Shown here one piece after another: positions 1 through 11,907 of a stretch of DNA of 64,000 bases. The position numbers and the translations under genes are program-made. The stretch's first letter is position 1, and every line of letters starts with the position of its first letter. This DNA comes from Tubulanus polymorphus (lineage: Eukaryota > Animalia > Nemertea). The notes under the pieces were generated by a model. It saw only the letters and a list, made by a program, of their open reading frames with translations. It did no database searches and was not told where the DNA came from. The stretch is taken from positions 30,972,150 to 31,036,149 of the forward strand of contig NC_134026.1 in the NCBI RefSeq assembly GCF_964204645.1, written 5' to 3'.

Positions 1-417
1 TATGAACTTATAAATATACCGCCGATAAAGCCACTCCGTAAAACAACAGACACTAATTGTAACTTCACTAATGATCAGACCAGACTGTTTTTTTTCCTGT
101 TACGAAATTATTTCCTAGAAATAGTTTGAATGATCCGCGAAGATCTGATGAGGTAAGATTAGTGCCTTGATCGAGTGTGTACCCTCAGGATAGCTCTTAG
201 ATAGCTCTACTATTCATCATGTCTCTGACAGATAGTTTGCAGCCAGTAATTCCTCTTCTCCAGACGACAGTGAAAAAGGTCTTCACGAACCTTCTTCCTT
301 CTAGTTTAAGTTTACTTCGGAAAACTTTTCGTTCACGTAATAAGTAAAAAACCCACGCCGTGTTCAAAATGTACGAGATTAAAAGCAAATATCATTATTA
401 AAGAAATTAAAACCAAA

Positions 418-461
418 ACACACGATATTTCGAACTCTCTCTAGAGACCATCGTCAGGTGT
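418..461 (-). ncRNA. Minimal type I hammerhead ribozyme-like motif (Penelope-type remnant)
   Basis: Minus strand reads CACAC-CTGACGA-tggtctctagagagagttc-GAAA-tatc-GTGTG: core boxes and a stem I (CACAC/GTGTG), imperfect stem II; same family as 10650-10710. Confidence 0.55.
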
Positions 462-2439
462 GCTGCATTCCAACGAAAAATATTCCGTTCGAAGGAAATG
501 CTTTTCGTTCCCACGAAAAGAATATATTTATTATGAAAATGAATATATCGTAGAAAAGGGCCAAGCTGAAGGGAAAATGTGAGGGTGAATGTTTGGGAAA
601 ATGTGATCTGAAAAGATGCAATCTCCGGCAGGATTAGAGTAAAAACGTCCAGGTTTTAAAGGCTTTCGTCTTGACAAAAAGTGCAACGTCTATTGGGAAG
701 GCAGGGATGCGTTCCACGTGTTGTTGTGAGTTTAGAATTAAACACTTACTCAGCTCAATAACTGTTGAACTGAATCTAAAGGTTCAGACCTCCGATAATA
801 CCCTGCACAGAACATTCTAACGACACGATATCTAAAACTTCCCCTCTCTGCCCTCGTAACCGAAACAGTCCTCATCCGGTATTAGGCGTACTTTCATCAG
901 AAACAACGCGCGATACAAAACAAAAAAAAGGAATTGGCCAATTTTGCGAGAACAACTGAACGACGTCGCAGAGAAATGAAATTGGCGCAGCGCAAGACGA
1001 TAATAATGTGATAATGAAAGGAAGCTGACGCGCAGATTGTGCTGTTGAGATCCGAAGAAAGATTTGTCTCTGAGGTAGAAATCCAGTAATTCAAAGGTAA
1101 CCTGTCATTGGCTCATGCGTGACAGATCATGCGTTTATACCAACACCGACATAACAACATACAACATACAACATGCAACATGCAACACCCCATACAGTTA
1201 CTGTAAATCGGATTACTATTAGGGACTGCGCCCAGATTTCTACAAATTAAGTAAAATCCGAATTACGAAGAATTGTTAACACGGTTCCAGGTTAATTGGA
1301 CCAAATATTTCATCCGAATTAAATGAAAATCCGGATTTTAAAATTCTAATTATTAAGCGAGTTCTACCATACATGGCTATAAACGGGAGAATTCATGAAT
1401 TCATATACAGACCTCTTAACCGTCGATAGTAATAACTGTAATAATTGTAGGCGCCAATAATGATGAAGAGCATCCGAAAAGATGCCACCACAGACTGTTT
1501 TCAAATATATAGTAAAATCTAAAATGGAAAAATTCTTCTGATAAAATGATTTAATCATTAATATTATTACAGTTATTACCGTGATTAAGTCGGAATTAAA
1601 TGCCCACCGGGCGATAAAAAAAACCATAAAATTCAATTTAGAAAATTGTATGGTTTATAAAGCATGATTTCAAGGTTTAGACAAAAATGTATTATTATAC
1701 ATGATTATGGAATTTCATATAAAACGGATTATAAATATTCTATCAATGAAATATTGTCCAGAGTTCAACTTTCAAATTAGATCATCCATGATCAACAACT
1801 ATTTAATCAAACGTGAACAATATGAGGGCAACAAACTACGGACTTAAACACTGGCAATGACGTCACTACAATCAAGTTCAAAAGGGTCAATGCTTCAGCT
1901 CTGACATAGATAATAGAAGAAGGACGCTGCAAAGATGAATAAAAGCGACAATAGGACAATGCGAAGATCTACAAAATAAAAATACTGGCAATTTGACTCG
2001 TCAAAGGGGTTCAAAAAGTCACTGCTTCAATGGATGAAGGATTAAGGACGTTGCATAAAGCCAAATAAAAACGCAATGTCAGAGCTAGGTTCAAAAAAGT
2101 CACTGCCGAAATAAATGTGTTATGATGAAGGTGAATGTGATCACGTAATCCAACGACTGGATGGCGCATCACAAGCGTGAACATTGATCTGTGATAGATG
2201 ATGAATTCTGTTTGGCTGATAAATGCCCTGTCCAGTTTATATCACCCATTTGGCAACTGACAACATCTACGCCGGCGTCAAAGCTTATACCAAGCGCATG
2301 ATTCTAGATATGAAATTTGATGGATACGATTGCGCAGAGACTATTCGCAAATCAGTGACTGACCCTCCATCGCTTTCTGAGCTACATCAATACATCAATT
2401 TTTTCATATATCATGAGTAAATGTAAAGACAGATCGTAT

Positions 2440-2800
2440 TTTGAAGGTTAACTTGATTTTATCAAGTACGAGCTTTCACTTCAAGTGTGAGCAGTAGCTT
2501 ACATTCATTTACTCGATGAGAAGATGATTCACGTTGTGTTAATCTGGTGTAGAATTAATACAACCAGACCAGTAGTACCTGATCTCACACCTTACCATGA
2601 TCTCTAGGGTGAGATCGAAACGTCGTGTATTCTATATATTTTAGATTGGATAAATAAATTCTTGTTCTTAAATTCTTTTAATCTGTAGATAGTGGGTTTT
2701 TATCTTATCAGACGAGTAGTACTTTATAAGTGTGACTAGTTTATTTGAAGCATGAGCTTTCGCTACTAATGTAGCATCATCATTCCCATGGTGAATATAG
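2440..2800. mobile_element. Degenerate Penelope-like terminal-repeat remnants
   Basis: 2590-2700 is a near copy of 10660-10780 with a mutated core (cttacca for ctgacga); further degenerate hammerhead-like boxes at ~2465-2505 and ~2750-2785; related inverted segment at ~3170-3350. Confidence 0.5.
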
Positions 2801-3015
2801 GCCGACTAAACACTAAATCTAATGTCTATTTATTAATTGATGAGACCTGTTTTTCTGGGATATTTTGCTTACTTTTTGGGGTACATACCTCATTTATGTC
2901 TTAACAGAATGCCAAAAATCGCGGACAACAACTGAATATCCGATATATTTCCAGTTCTGTACCAATTAGATGGATTGGCAAAAAGACTCCTTAAGTCCTG
3001 TTGAATGAGAGAGAA

Positions 3016-3169
3016 AATCCTCCATTTTGTGAAATTTCTTGAATTTTTACATTGTCACCATGCCTACGAAATGAAGTTATTTTTCTTGTGGGGTCTCAAC
3101 AACTAAATCAGGGTGGCGTAGGCATGGTAACAATGTTCAAATCCAAGAAATTTCACAAAATGGAGGATT
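3016..3169. mobile_element. Foldback/MITE-like element
   Basis: ~53 bp imperfect inverted arms AATCCTCCATTTTGTGAAATTTCTTG...CATGCCTACG / CGTAGGCATG...CAAGAAATTTCACAAAATGGAGGATT around a ~48 bp spacer. Confidence 0.65.
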
Positions 3170-4159
3170 AGTAGCGAAAGCTCATGCGCCAAATAGAGAA
3201 GTTAACCTATATAGTACTACCATTCGTCTGGTTGTATTTATTACACACCAGACTACTCTACGAATCCTCTCGTTCATTTACCCGATGAAGCTGCTGCACT
3301 ATTAGTAATTAAACTCGTACTTCAAATAAATCTGCCTCCAAAAAGTACTATTCTTCTTTACGATTTATTGGGTTCAGTAAATTTACGACGGATCAGTATC
3401 GCATCATTCAGGTGATTAGAGTCTATAAAATGTGAAAGGCTTTCACAATGTCTATAGATATGCTATTATACGTGTTTTGAGCGATTCAAAAAGTAAGCCA
3501 AAATAAGTCAGATAATATGGTAATTTGAATTACATCTCCATACGGACCAATTGGCTAAAACTAAATTAAAATATATGTAATGCAATGCGATCTTGTTGCG
3601 TGGGTTTAGTCTCATCGGGTAGATGCCCTCTGAGGGGGAAATATACAGAATGTCTATCATATACTTAAGTATCATTTGCTTAATGAAAATTTATAAGGCA
3701 GTAATGTCAGACTTGTTATGCTTGATTGGTGAATGGATATTTATAGTTTGCAGTAAATCGTTGCCTGGTTACATTGTTTTATTGTTGTTTGCGAGGAGAG
3801 ATGTCAGACCGGGGTGACCGTGTCTCAGAACTAGGTCACTACCGGTATTGAATTCGCTATTATGATTGATTGAGTGATCAAAGTAACAACATATTTTTGA
3901 AATATCTACGGGAATTCGACCTAGTCCGATAATTTCACACGTTGTTGACAGAACGAAAATGTTCATCGTAAATTGCAATTTTAACTGTCGGGTCCAGGCA
4001 GCGGGCTTCAAATATCGAGGAAATGAACTTGGAATTTCGACTATTTGAACCAGTTCTAATACAAAACTGTTGAACTGGGATAAAATTGCGTGAAAACATT
4101 AATTTCTTCATCGATTAAGTATTTGATCGCCAGAAATAGTGTTTATAAAACAAAAATGA

Positions 4160-4310
4160 ATTAAGACCGTTAGATTGGTTATGGAACCAAATTGGTATTG
4201 TTAGGCTGGTCTTAAGTTGTTAGATTGGTTAAAGAACTAAAATGAGCTTAGACTGGTCTTAAGTTGTTAGATTGATTATAGAACTAATAGAACCAAGGTG
4301 GTTTTAGAAG
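4160..4310. repeat. Fragment of dispersed MITE family with internal tandem repeats
   Basis: GACTGGTCTTAAGTTGTTAGATTGGTTA units, also found at ~32520-32790, ~41640-41775, 51738-52062 and ~63219-63420. Confidence 0.7.
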
Positions 4311-4889
4311 ACGGGAATCAAGTCTGAGCCTTGACTATCTAATTGAGTCCAGGCATTTATACAGAGAATTAATAGACTACTGCGACATACAACTACAGAT
4401 ATAAGATTCAGTTCTATGCGTCGCGCAATCTCTCCTCGGTGATATGGAAAGTTCGCGTCAATATTTGGTTAACGGAAACCATCGCAAAATGACATGATCT
4501 TTCCTTCTGTTTTGATAAGTTCTGTCAATAGTCACCAAGATGATCGGCTCAGCGCTGTTCATGAATTACATTATCCGCTGTGCTTATGTGCAAAAAGATA
4601 TCTTTCACCCAGTAAGCCGCTGTGTTCATGTGATCTGAAGCAATTAATTTGAAAGAAATTGCCCTAGGGGGTAGCACTCCCAAAATACAAATACCAGACG
4701 TCGCGTAAGAGGCTTACAGCGAAAAACCTATTCAAATAGTTCTGATGCATTATTTTGCATCCAATTTTTCAAGGTGGTTCATTCAGTTTGTTTTTTAAAT
4801 CTAAAAAAGAAAACATGTCATCCAGTTCCATTGAGTTGTAACCTGTCATTTGAATTAGGGAGTATAAAGTGAGTATGAAGTGATTTGAA

Positions 4890-5060
4890 CTCAGAGTTAA
4901 CTCAACTCACAACTGTGGAACTGGACCATGAGTTCAGAGATAACTCATACTCACAACTGTGGAACTGGATCTTGAGTTCAGAGTTGACTCTAACTCACAA
5001 CTGTGGAACTGGATCTTGAGTTCACAGTTGACTCTAACTCACTACTGTGAACTGGATCCG
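4890..5060. repeat. Tandem repeats of AACTCACAACTGTGGAACTGGA-containing unit
   Basis: About 4 copies of a ~43 bp unit; same motif family at ~32030-32075, ~37480-37570 and ~57770-57872. Confidence 0.7.
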
Positions 5061-5243
5061 GATTTTTAGTTATTTATTGGTCAAACATATTTCTGATGAA
5101 ATCATTGGGAAACTTGAACCCGATCTATTGTAATAAAATGGTTACAACATAGAAAAAGCTGCAATATTTCAAATATTTTTCCGTTACAGATTCCGATCTC
5201 AACATGTGTTTTTAATGAACATATTTTCTATCATATTTTGTAG

Positions 5244-6055
5244 GTGCTTTGTGTCCAAGTTGTTACATACCAGAAATGGCTTTTAAGATATTTTTCTGGC
5301 TGGGATATTGTAACAGTACAATGAACCCTATAATCTACGCCTGTTCGAGTCGCGAATTCAAGCGAGCTTTCAAGCGAATCCTGCGCTGTCAATTTCGGCG
5401 ACGTCCTCGTAAGTTTCTGGATACCGCAGCCGAACCGAGTACATCAACTACCGAGATTTGTCGTTTATCGGTCGCTAATAGCAGCCGACATAAATCGAGT
5501 CCCGATTCGGAACGCGGACCTTTGCGCTGGTCGATGAAAAAGAGTTTCAGTAGCCATTTTCCCGGTAGTCGTAGGTCGTCGTTGGAAGATTCGCCGATTT
5601 TACCGTTAAGGCAAATCCTCGAACGTTCTTCGTCATCGTCGAGAAAACGGACGGGGAACGAAACGCTCAAACTGGACGAGGATGACGTTTATAACGGCGA
5701 TAACTCTGACGACGAGAAACAATCGGATTCGTTGAGTCCATCGAATTCGAAACATACATCGCTTAGTCACGTGAGCACTCCTCCGAGAAGTTTAAACGCT
5801 AGCAATAGCGGTAATTTTAACGGTTTGTGTCCCGGTAAAACCCCTCTTCCCGGCACGGGAGCGGCCGTTAACGGTCGCGTTAAACGTGGTTCCGGCGTCA
5901 TTAATTTCAGCAGTCATAAAATACCCGATATAAAGGTGCATAGTGCGGAAAATTGTTCAAGCGAAGCCAGATCTACTGTCGATGTGTCCTCTGAGAAACA
6001 TGCGGGAATCAGTAATCAGTTGCGGATGCCAAGAGCTAGGAGTCATTACTGGTGA
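5244..6055 (+). CDS. Terminal exon of alpha-1 adrenergic receptor-like aminergic GPCR (ECL3, TM7, helix 8, long Ser-rich tail)
   Basis: Acceptor ttttgtag at 5243; [30 protein letters not shown] resembles ADRA1 TM7 (FWLGYxNSxxNPIIYPCSSxEFKxAF); upstream exon(s) not found in this window. Confidence 0.85.
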
Positions 6056-6914
6056 CACGGTCCGGTCTCCTATCGGTACGGTATGTGACCAGCACTGATT
6101 CTCAGCAGAAACAGCCATTACTGATAATACCGGTCTCCCTGTACCGTCAGACCAGTTCTCAGTACGCCATGAGACCACCACTGATTTCTTGGTAACGGTT
6201 AAATCATTGTTTTGTTGATACGAGACGCGACCAAGATTTGTGTTAACGATATTCATAAAAACAGCGATGAATGTTTTTACGACGCAGAATAATTTCATGA
6301 TAAACACATTGGACCCAGTTTCACGAAAGAATTCGAGTTTGATGCGATTATGTGTGAATAAAAGAGTTTATACACAGGAGATAGTTTCTCAGAAACAAAC
6401 ACCACGATTTATCTATCCACCAGAGCCTGGTCCCAGTTTACTTAAACATTTACGACCATATCCTAATAGTCATACGTGACAATAGACCGGGTTCGAACCC
6501 GGGACACCCCCATTTGAAATAACTGTTTATATATTTTGCGAGATTGAGAATTCATGAACGTTGACAAAATATTTGTACATTTTGTATTCTCTCCACGAAT
6601 GTAAATAACCATGAAATATCGCGTCATTTCAAAGCAAAAAGAGCCAAGAGAAAATGCTACAATGTATTTATCACGTTATTTGACGTGAATATGAATAAAA
6701 CCTCGATTAACCCAATGAGAAAGAGTCGATAAAAAAGAACAGTTGCATAATAATGTTGAGGATATAACATCATATAGAAATCTCAATTGTTTATAATGAA
6801 AAGAATATATCATATATAATATATATATATGTATTAGTAAAATATTTTCAGTAAGTTGTTCGTTCTTTCTTACTGCCATCTCGCGGAGCAGGAGACATCA
6901 AATAATTCGATTTT

Positions 6915-7770
6915 TAGAGAATTATTGTTCAAGAGCTTCAATTCACTGTTCTAAGTTGTTAACTTTTTCACGAAATGTTTCAATGTTTTCTATCAGCGAT
7001 TCGAGGAATTTAACACGATTTTCTAAATCCATTAATTTCTCGCTCAGTGGTTTATTCGACGTTACAGGAGTCAAAGGCTCCTCGGTTGGTGCTGGAGTAG
7101 AGGGCTCCTCGGTTGGTGCTGGAGTAGCGGGCTCCTCGGTTGGTGCTGGAGTAGCGGGCTCCTCGGTTGGTGCTGGAGTAGCGGGGTCCTCGGTTGGTGC
7201 TGGGGTAGAGGGCTCCTCGGTTGGTGCTGGGGTAGAAGGCTCCTCGGTTGGTGCTGGAGTAGCGGGCTACTCGGTTGGTGCTGGGGCAGAGGGCTCCTCG
7301 GTTGGTGCTGGAGTAGAGGGCTCCTCGGTTGGTGCTGGAGTCGAAGGCTCCGCTGTTGGCGGTGTTCGAGTCGCATATCCTCTGATGCAAGGTTCACTAT
7401 CCCGAAAATGGCTACAGTTCATTTTTTCTGGCCATTGAAATCCGAGCGTGTCACAACCATTTCTAGCAAGTTCACAGAGTGATTTACACGGTGGTTCAGA
7501 AGAACAAGGTGGTGCGTACATAGCGCATAGAAACTCCCTTAAATTCGGACTGCATCTCACCTTAACCAACGGAAATAACTGATGTAACTCCAGACCTGCT
7601 TCTTCTTGGTTTTGATGATGAAAACTATTCGGCATTTTTGTTTTATCGTACGACAATCCTACTTTACATAGTGGTATCTGTATACGCTCACAAGTTTCAC
7701 GTCTGTTGATGTAGACACTTTCATTAACACCAAAATAAAACATTAGCATCAAAATCCAAATCAGAGACAT
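6915..7770 (-). pseudogene. Secreted Frizzled-CRD / mucin-repeat / coiled-coil paralog, truncated or pseudogenised
   Basis: Signal peptide and 10-Cys CRD closely matching 61513-62175; GAG>TAG stop at 7267 inside TEEPSTPAP repeats; a second stop (CGA>TGA, ~6943) in the coiled coil; 4-aa deletion (MNRF) in the CRD. Confidence 0.8.
7075..7360 (-). repeat. 27-bp coding minisatellite (TEEPSTPAP), about 10 copies
   Basis: GGCTCCTCGGTTGGTGCTGGAGTAGAG-type unit repeated. Confidence 0.9.
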
Positions 7771-7975
7771 TTTGCGGATCTGATCCGTTCACTGCAGTAC
7801 AGACTAACAACCAATATATACTGAATATATTTTAGCCTAAAAAGTGGTTTACTAACATTTTTTATGTGTGCTTCATGTATATCTATTTGTAGACTCAGGT
7901 CGTGTACAGCCCCTTATCCCCAGAATTTCGTTTGAACACATGTTATCACAGTTAGACACACAATATCCGTGTATG

Positions 7976-8122
7976 ATGATGACGAGAGATATCCCACAAT
8001 AACGAAAGTACGCCTGATGATGGCTAACAGTTGTTAGCCGAAACGTCGCTCCTCAAATACAATCATTCTGATATAGAATTTTTCAATCTTGGCTTCGTTA
8101 TTGTGGGATTTCTCTCGTCATG
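7976..8122 (+). mobile_element. Penelope-like remnant with hammerhead core, flanked by ~30 bp inverted repeats
   Basis: CTGATGA (8014)-t-GGCTAACA-gt-TGTTAGCC-GAAA-cgtc; flanks ATGACGAGAGATATCCCACAATAACGAA / TTCGTTATTGTGGGATTTCTCTCGTCAT. Confidence 0.65.
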
Positions 8123-8175
8123 TTATCAAAGGTCCAGGGGCCCTACTAGAAAATTAAAGAATTCTTCCTCTTCCA

Positions 8176-8199
8176 GGGTTAGGGTTAGGATTAGGGTTT
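8176..8199 (+). repeat. Short interstitial telomere-like (TTAGGG)n tract
   Basis: agggttagggttaggattagggtt. Confidence 0.5.
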
Positions 8200-8785
8200 C
8201 GTGGGGTCGTTAAATCTAATTTTCCCCACATCGACCCACCAAGAATAATTCTGTTCGTCGATCGTTTCGGGTCTCGAAGAAAATTCGTTCTTAGAAAATC
8301 CACTAGTAACAGGCCAGATCCGTGCATGCAATTATTTGTAAAATTTATCACATGCTTCAAGTTTACAAGCCCAAAACACGAATTTAAGCAAAAAACGAAA
8401 TCTATTATTTATGAATTGAGAATAAACGTGTCGGATTCTAGAAACAATTGTCAGGTTTATTTGTAGTTGCGATTATCATGTAGTGCCAATAGGGTTTGTG
8501 TTGGCGCAGCTTCGGCGGGAGGCAATCAAGCCCTGGTAGGCGAGGATCTGATCTGGAACGGGAACTTATAATACATGTACGGCTACGAAAGCTTATATAT
8601 AACTGGGCCGGGTCATGACACCATTGAATCAGTTCCTTAAAGATTGGTTAGAGCTGAGACGACCATCGGATAGATGTTACCCCCATATCGGATAGATGTT
8701 ACCCTATGGTGCAAAACCTGAACAGATTAGAGAATGATCCATTAATTTATTTCACACCCGAGCGAGTTTGGCGTCCGCCAGTATT

Positions 8786-9811
8786 TCATCTTCGACAAGA
8801 ATTGTAAACTTGATTTCTGAATTTATCATTAGTTGAAACGTAGATGAAAAAATTACAATAAGAGTTGATTTTTGACATGACGCCCCCGAAAGCAGAAAGA
8901 GCAAGTTGATTGGAGAAAAGTTCCTTGAATTTTCGTCTGATTTCACCAGTGCCTAACCTGGCATCTACGTGATGTAAGGCGTGGGGTATTTCCAGTAATA
9001 CAAATACCACGATTACAACCAGCGCCGTCTTAGTCGCCGCAAAGTCGTCATTTTTAACTTCTTTCTCAGGTTTTTGAACGAGTGTTTTACGTTCTTTGTT
9101 GATCGTATGAATTTTAGCGATGATAAAAGTGTTCGTTATCAGTAGAATGATCATCGGGACAAATGATTCCATCGAGGGCGTCACGATCCCTAGATAACGG
9201 CGTTTAATATCACCCGTGAAAGATCTCATCAACCAACCCGGTTGACCATACGGACATTTCTTCTCCACGTAAACCACTCCTTTATACAAAAAATTCATAA
9301 TACACAAACCCGCTAAACAAGTTATCAAAGTTAGTAAGGTGATGTTACAATTATATTTTGTCAGCCAAAGTCGCGACCTCAGCGGATGGAATATCTTTAT
9401 AAAACGTTCGATACCCAGTAAAGCTACCATGTTGTTGCGAATATATTTGGTGAAATGTCGTAAGGGTTGAGCTGCGAAGTGAACAAACGGAAAAATCGAC
9501 GCGCTTGGCACTCGTACCAATTCAGCACCGTAGATCATAACGCCGATTACGTAATGCATCTGTTCGGCTATGAAAGTCGCGAGTAAAAATGCTATATCGG
9601 CAAGACTAGCAATTTCCAGTAGATAGTACAACGAATGAAATTGTTGAATTTGAATTCTGCGCAGAATCACGAAACTGACGCCGTCTAAAATACACGCCAC
9701 AACGACCAACGGAAAATTGATATAAACTTGAAGAATGAATTTGTGAGCGATATTTTTCGGCGGGCAGTTGAATTCAGGTTGGACCGTAGATACGTTAGAA
9801 GTAAGATCCAT
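8786..9811 (-). CDS. Intronless rhodopsin-class (class A) orphan GPCR, peptide/chemoreceptor-like
   Basis: 341 aa with seven hydrophobic segments, LADxxFL in TM2, ERF (DRY variant) followed by HPL, NSYCNFFIY (NPxxY variant) and KFR helix 8. Confidence 0.85.
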   Translation of the reverse strand: MDLTSNVSTVQPEFNCPPKNIAHKFILQVYINFPLVVVACILDGVSFVILRRIQIQQFHSLYYLLEIASLADIAFLLATFIAEQMHYVIGVMIYGAELVRVPSASIFPFVHFAAQPLRHFTKYIRNNMVALLGIERFIKIFHPLRSRLWLTKYNCNITLLTLITCLAGLCIMNFLYKGVVYVEKKCPYGQPGWLMRSFTGDIKRRYLGIVTPSMESFVPMIILLITNTFIIAKIHTINKERKTLVQKPEKEVKNDDFAATKTALVVIVVFVLLEIPHALHHVDARLGTGEIRRKFKELFSNQLALSAFGGVMSKINSYCNFFIYVSTNDKFRNQVYNSCRR

Positions 9812-10314
9812 GATTATCCCACTCTGGCTGTTACTTGTCGCTGGTCGATAACAATTTTGTAACCACTCGTTGTTCGGGCTAATGATCGATTTCCTCCAAA
9901 TCGCTGATAATGAGGAACAATTTGAATTCTGAGCTCAACGACTGAGATCATTAAAGTCTCTTTCTAGTGAAAATCAATTGGAAATAAGGATTCATTAGAG
10001 TTAGAATCGTCTTCGAGCGCCTTGGGGGCCCTTCCGGATCGAAGAAAATAATTTAGGAAGCCAAAACTTATTCTATTTTGTCATTCTATATTGTTCATTA
10101 TCTAAGGCTATAAGATTCTTTCATCCTCTTGTACCCCTGCGCACCCAACCGGCCGGACCGTACCGCGCCGAACCGCAACTGTGGCCCACATGAGAAGCGT
10201 TGTTTTTTTCAGATAGGAAAGGAATCACCTGCTCGTTGCGAGAATAGGTACAATAAAGTCTTCATTTCATTGGATATTTAGACTGGTTGCCGTTTTCTAT
10301 TTTCGATCCCTAGA

Positions 10315-10475
10315 TTGCCAGGGTCGACTTATGTTGGTGTACGAAAATTCCGTTATCGTTGAGTATAGCGGCAGCACCTTACGTTCCCGGGCCAGCGCGT
10401 TGACTGCCAGGGTCGACTCGTGTTAGTGTATGGAAATTCCGTTATCGATTACAATAGCGGCAGCACCTTACGGTG
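10315..10475. repeat. Tandem duplication, two ~88 bp copies
   Basis: TGCCAGGGTCGACT...AAATTCCGTTATCG...TAGCGGCAGCACCTTACG occurs twice. Confidence 0.75.
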
Positions 10476-10649
10476 TAGCGAGACAGTTTCAAATCGTATT
10501 ACGCCAATGATTTATATTTGTGACTGTGCATTTAAAACTAATTGCCTTTAGTAGAGTTATCTTACTAGAAGATACACGTAGAAAAGATGTAATTACGCTA
10601 TCAACCATTTCAATGGTTAAAAAGATTAAAACCCACTATTAAACCCACT

Positions 10650-10710
10650 ATAAAATAAACACCTGACGATGATCTCTAGGGTGAGATCGAAACGTCGTGT
10701 TTATTTTATA
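10650..10710 (+). ncRNA. Minimal type I hammerhead ribozyme (Penelope-type)
   Basis: TATAAAATAAACAC-CTGACGA-t-GATCTC-tagggt-GAGATC-GAAA-cGTC-GTGTTTATTTTATA: 14-bp stem I, 6-bp stem II, intact core, palindromic minimal stem III. Confidence 0.8.
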
Positions 10711-11052
10711 TTTTAGATTGTTCGAATAAATAAATTCTTGATTTTAAATTCTTTTAATCTGTAGATAGTGGGTTTTAATCTTTGTATCCGTTCACCACGT
10801 TTGAGTGTGGATATCGTACTGTTTCAATGGTGTTTGTATGAGGAAGAAAACCAGTTTACAAAAACACATGAATAAAAACATTAAGTATTTTAGTTGTAGC
10901 TTTTTTGTGTCCGTCGATGTCTTTAACTTCATGTAATGTGGATAAAGTTTAGGGAAACGACACTTAAATGGCAAATAATTAGAATTGTTGAGGGGATCAT
11001 GTGCAACAATTAATATGATCTCTGATGGATAACATCTACATCCACTTCCAGT

Positions 11053-11218
11053 CAGGCTGAGAGGTTTGGAAGGGTTCAGGCTGAGAGGGTTGTCAAGGTT
11101 CAGGCTGAGAGGGTTGGCAAGGTTCAGGCTGAGAGGGTTAGCAAGGTTCAGGCTGAGAGGGTTGACAGGGTTCAGGCTGAGAAGGTTGGCAGGGTTCAGG
11201 CTGAGAGGGTTGACAGGC
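11053..11218. repeat. 24-bp minisatellite, about 7 copies
   Basis: CAGGCTGAGAGGGTTGGCAAGGTT unit. Confidence 0.9.
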
Positions 11219-11679
11219 CGTAGATTGATCTTGTATTAATCTCATCGGTGTTCATCTCTTTTGAGGAGATTCAATTATAAAAGATTCTATCTAATCCGTG
11301 GTCAGTGGGGAATGGACTCTTGCCCAAATTACTGCCCAAAGTCAATTGGTCGATATGAAACAACTACAAACACTTGAACAGGATTTTATTATTAAAAACA
11401 TCAGGTTTAAACCAATATCAAGAGTAAAACCTGCTTTGATGAAAACAAACAGAGCCAGACACTTGATAAATCACAGTAATAAAATCAAGACTAATCAAAT
11501 TAATCAACAACAAATGATAAGATAAGATATATTCAACTAACGAAGTATTAGATCATTAAAATAATTTAATGATAATAAATCCACCAGACATTTGACACTC
11601 TTTATAAAAACATCAGACTTAAACAAATACTATTAAACACAAACTAAACTTTAATAACTTTAATCTATTTTCCATTTTA

Positions 11680-11907
11680 CTTTAAGTGTTACATCATACA
11701 AAAAAGTATTGATACTAGACTCCGCCCAAACATCCGACCCTCTTAATGAAAACTACAGATTAAAGATATTTTTTCGATACAAAGATATTTTTTTCTATAG
11801 AAAGATATATTCTCAATACAAAGATATTTTTTTCAATTAACTTTAAGTGTTACACCACACAAATATGTATTGATACTAGACTCCGCCCAAACATCCGACC
11901 CTCTTAA
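11680..11907. repeat. Direct duplication of ~67 bp
   Basis: CTTTAAGTGTTACA...GTATTGATACTAGACTCCGCCCAAACATCCGACCCTCTTAA at ~11680 and ~11841. Confidence 0.8.

Noticed and set aside
6956-7438. Plus-strand GSSVGAGV-repeat ORF resembling silk or elastin
   Set aside because: Antisense shadow of the TEEPSTPAP repeats of the CRD gene (same for 61857-62234)
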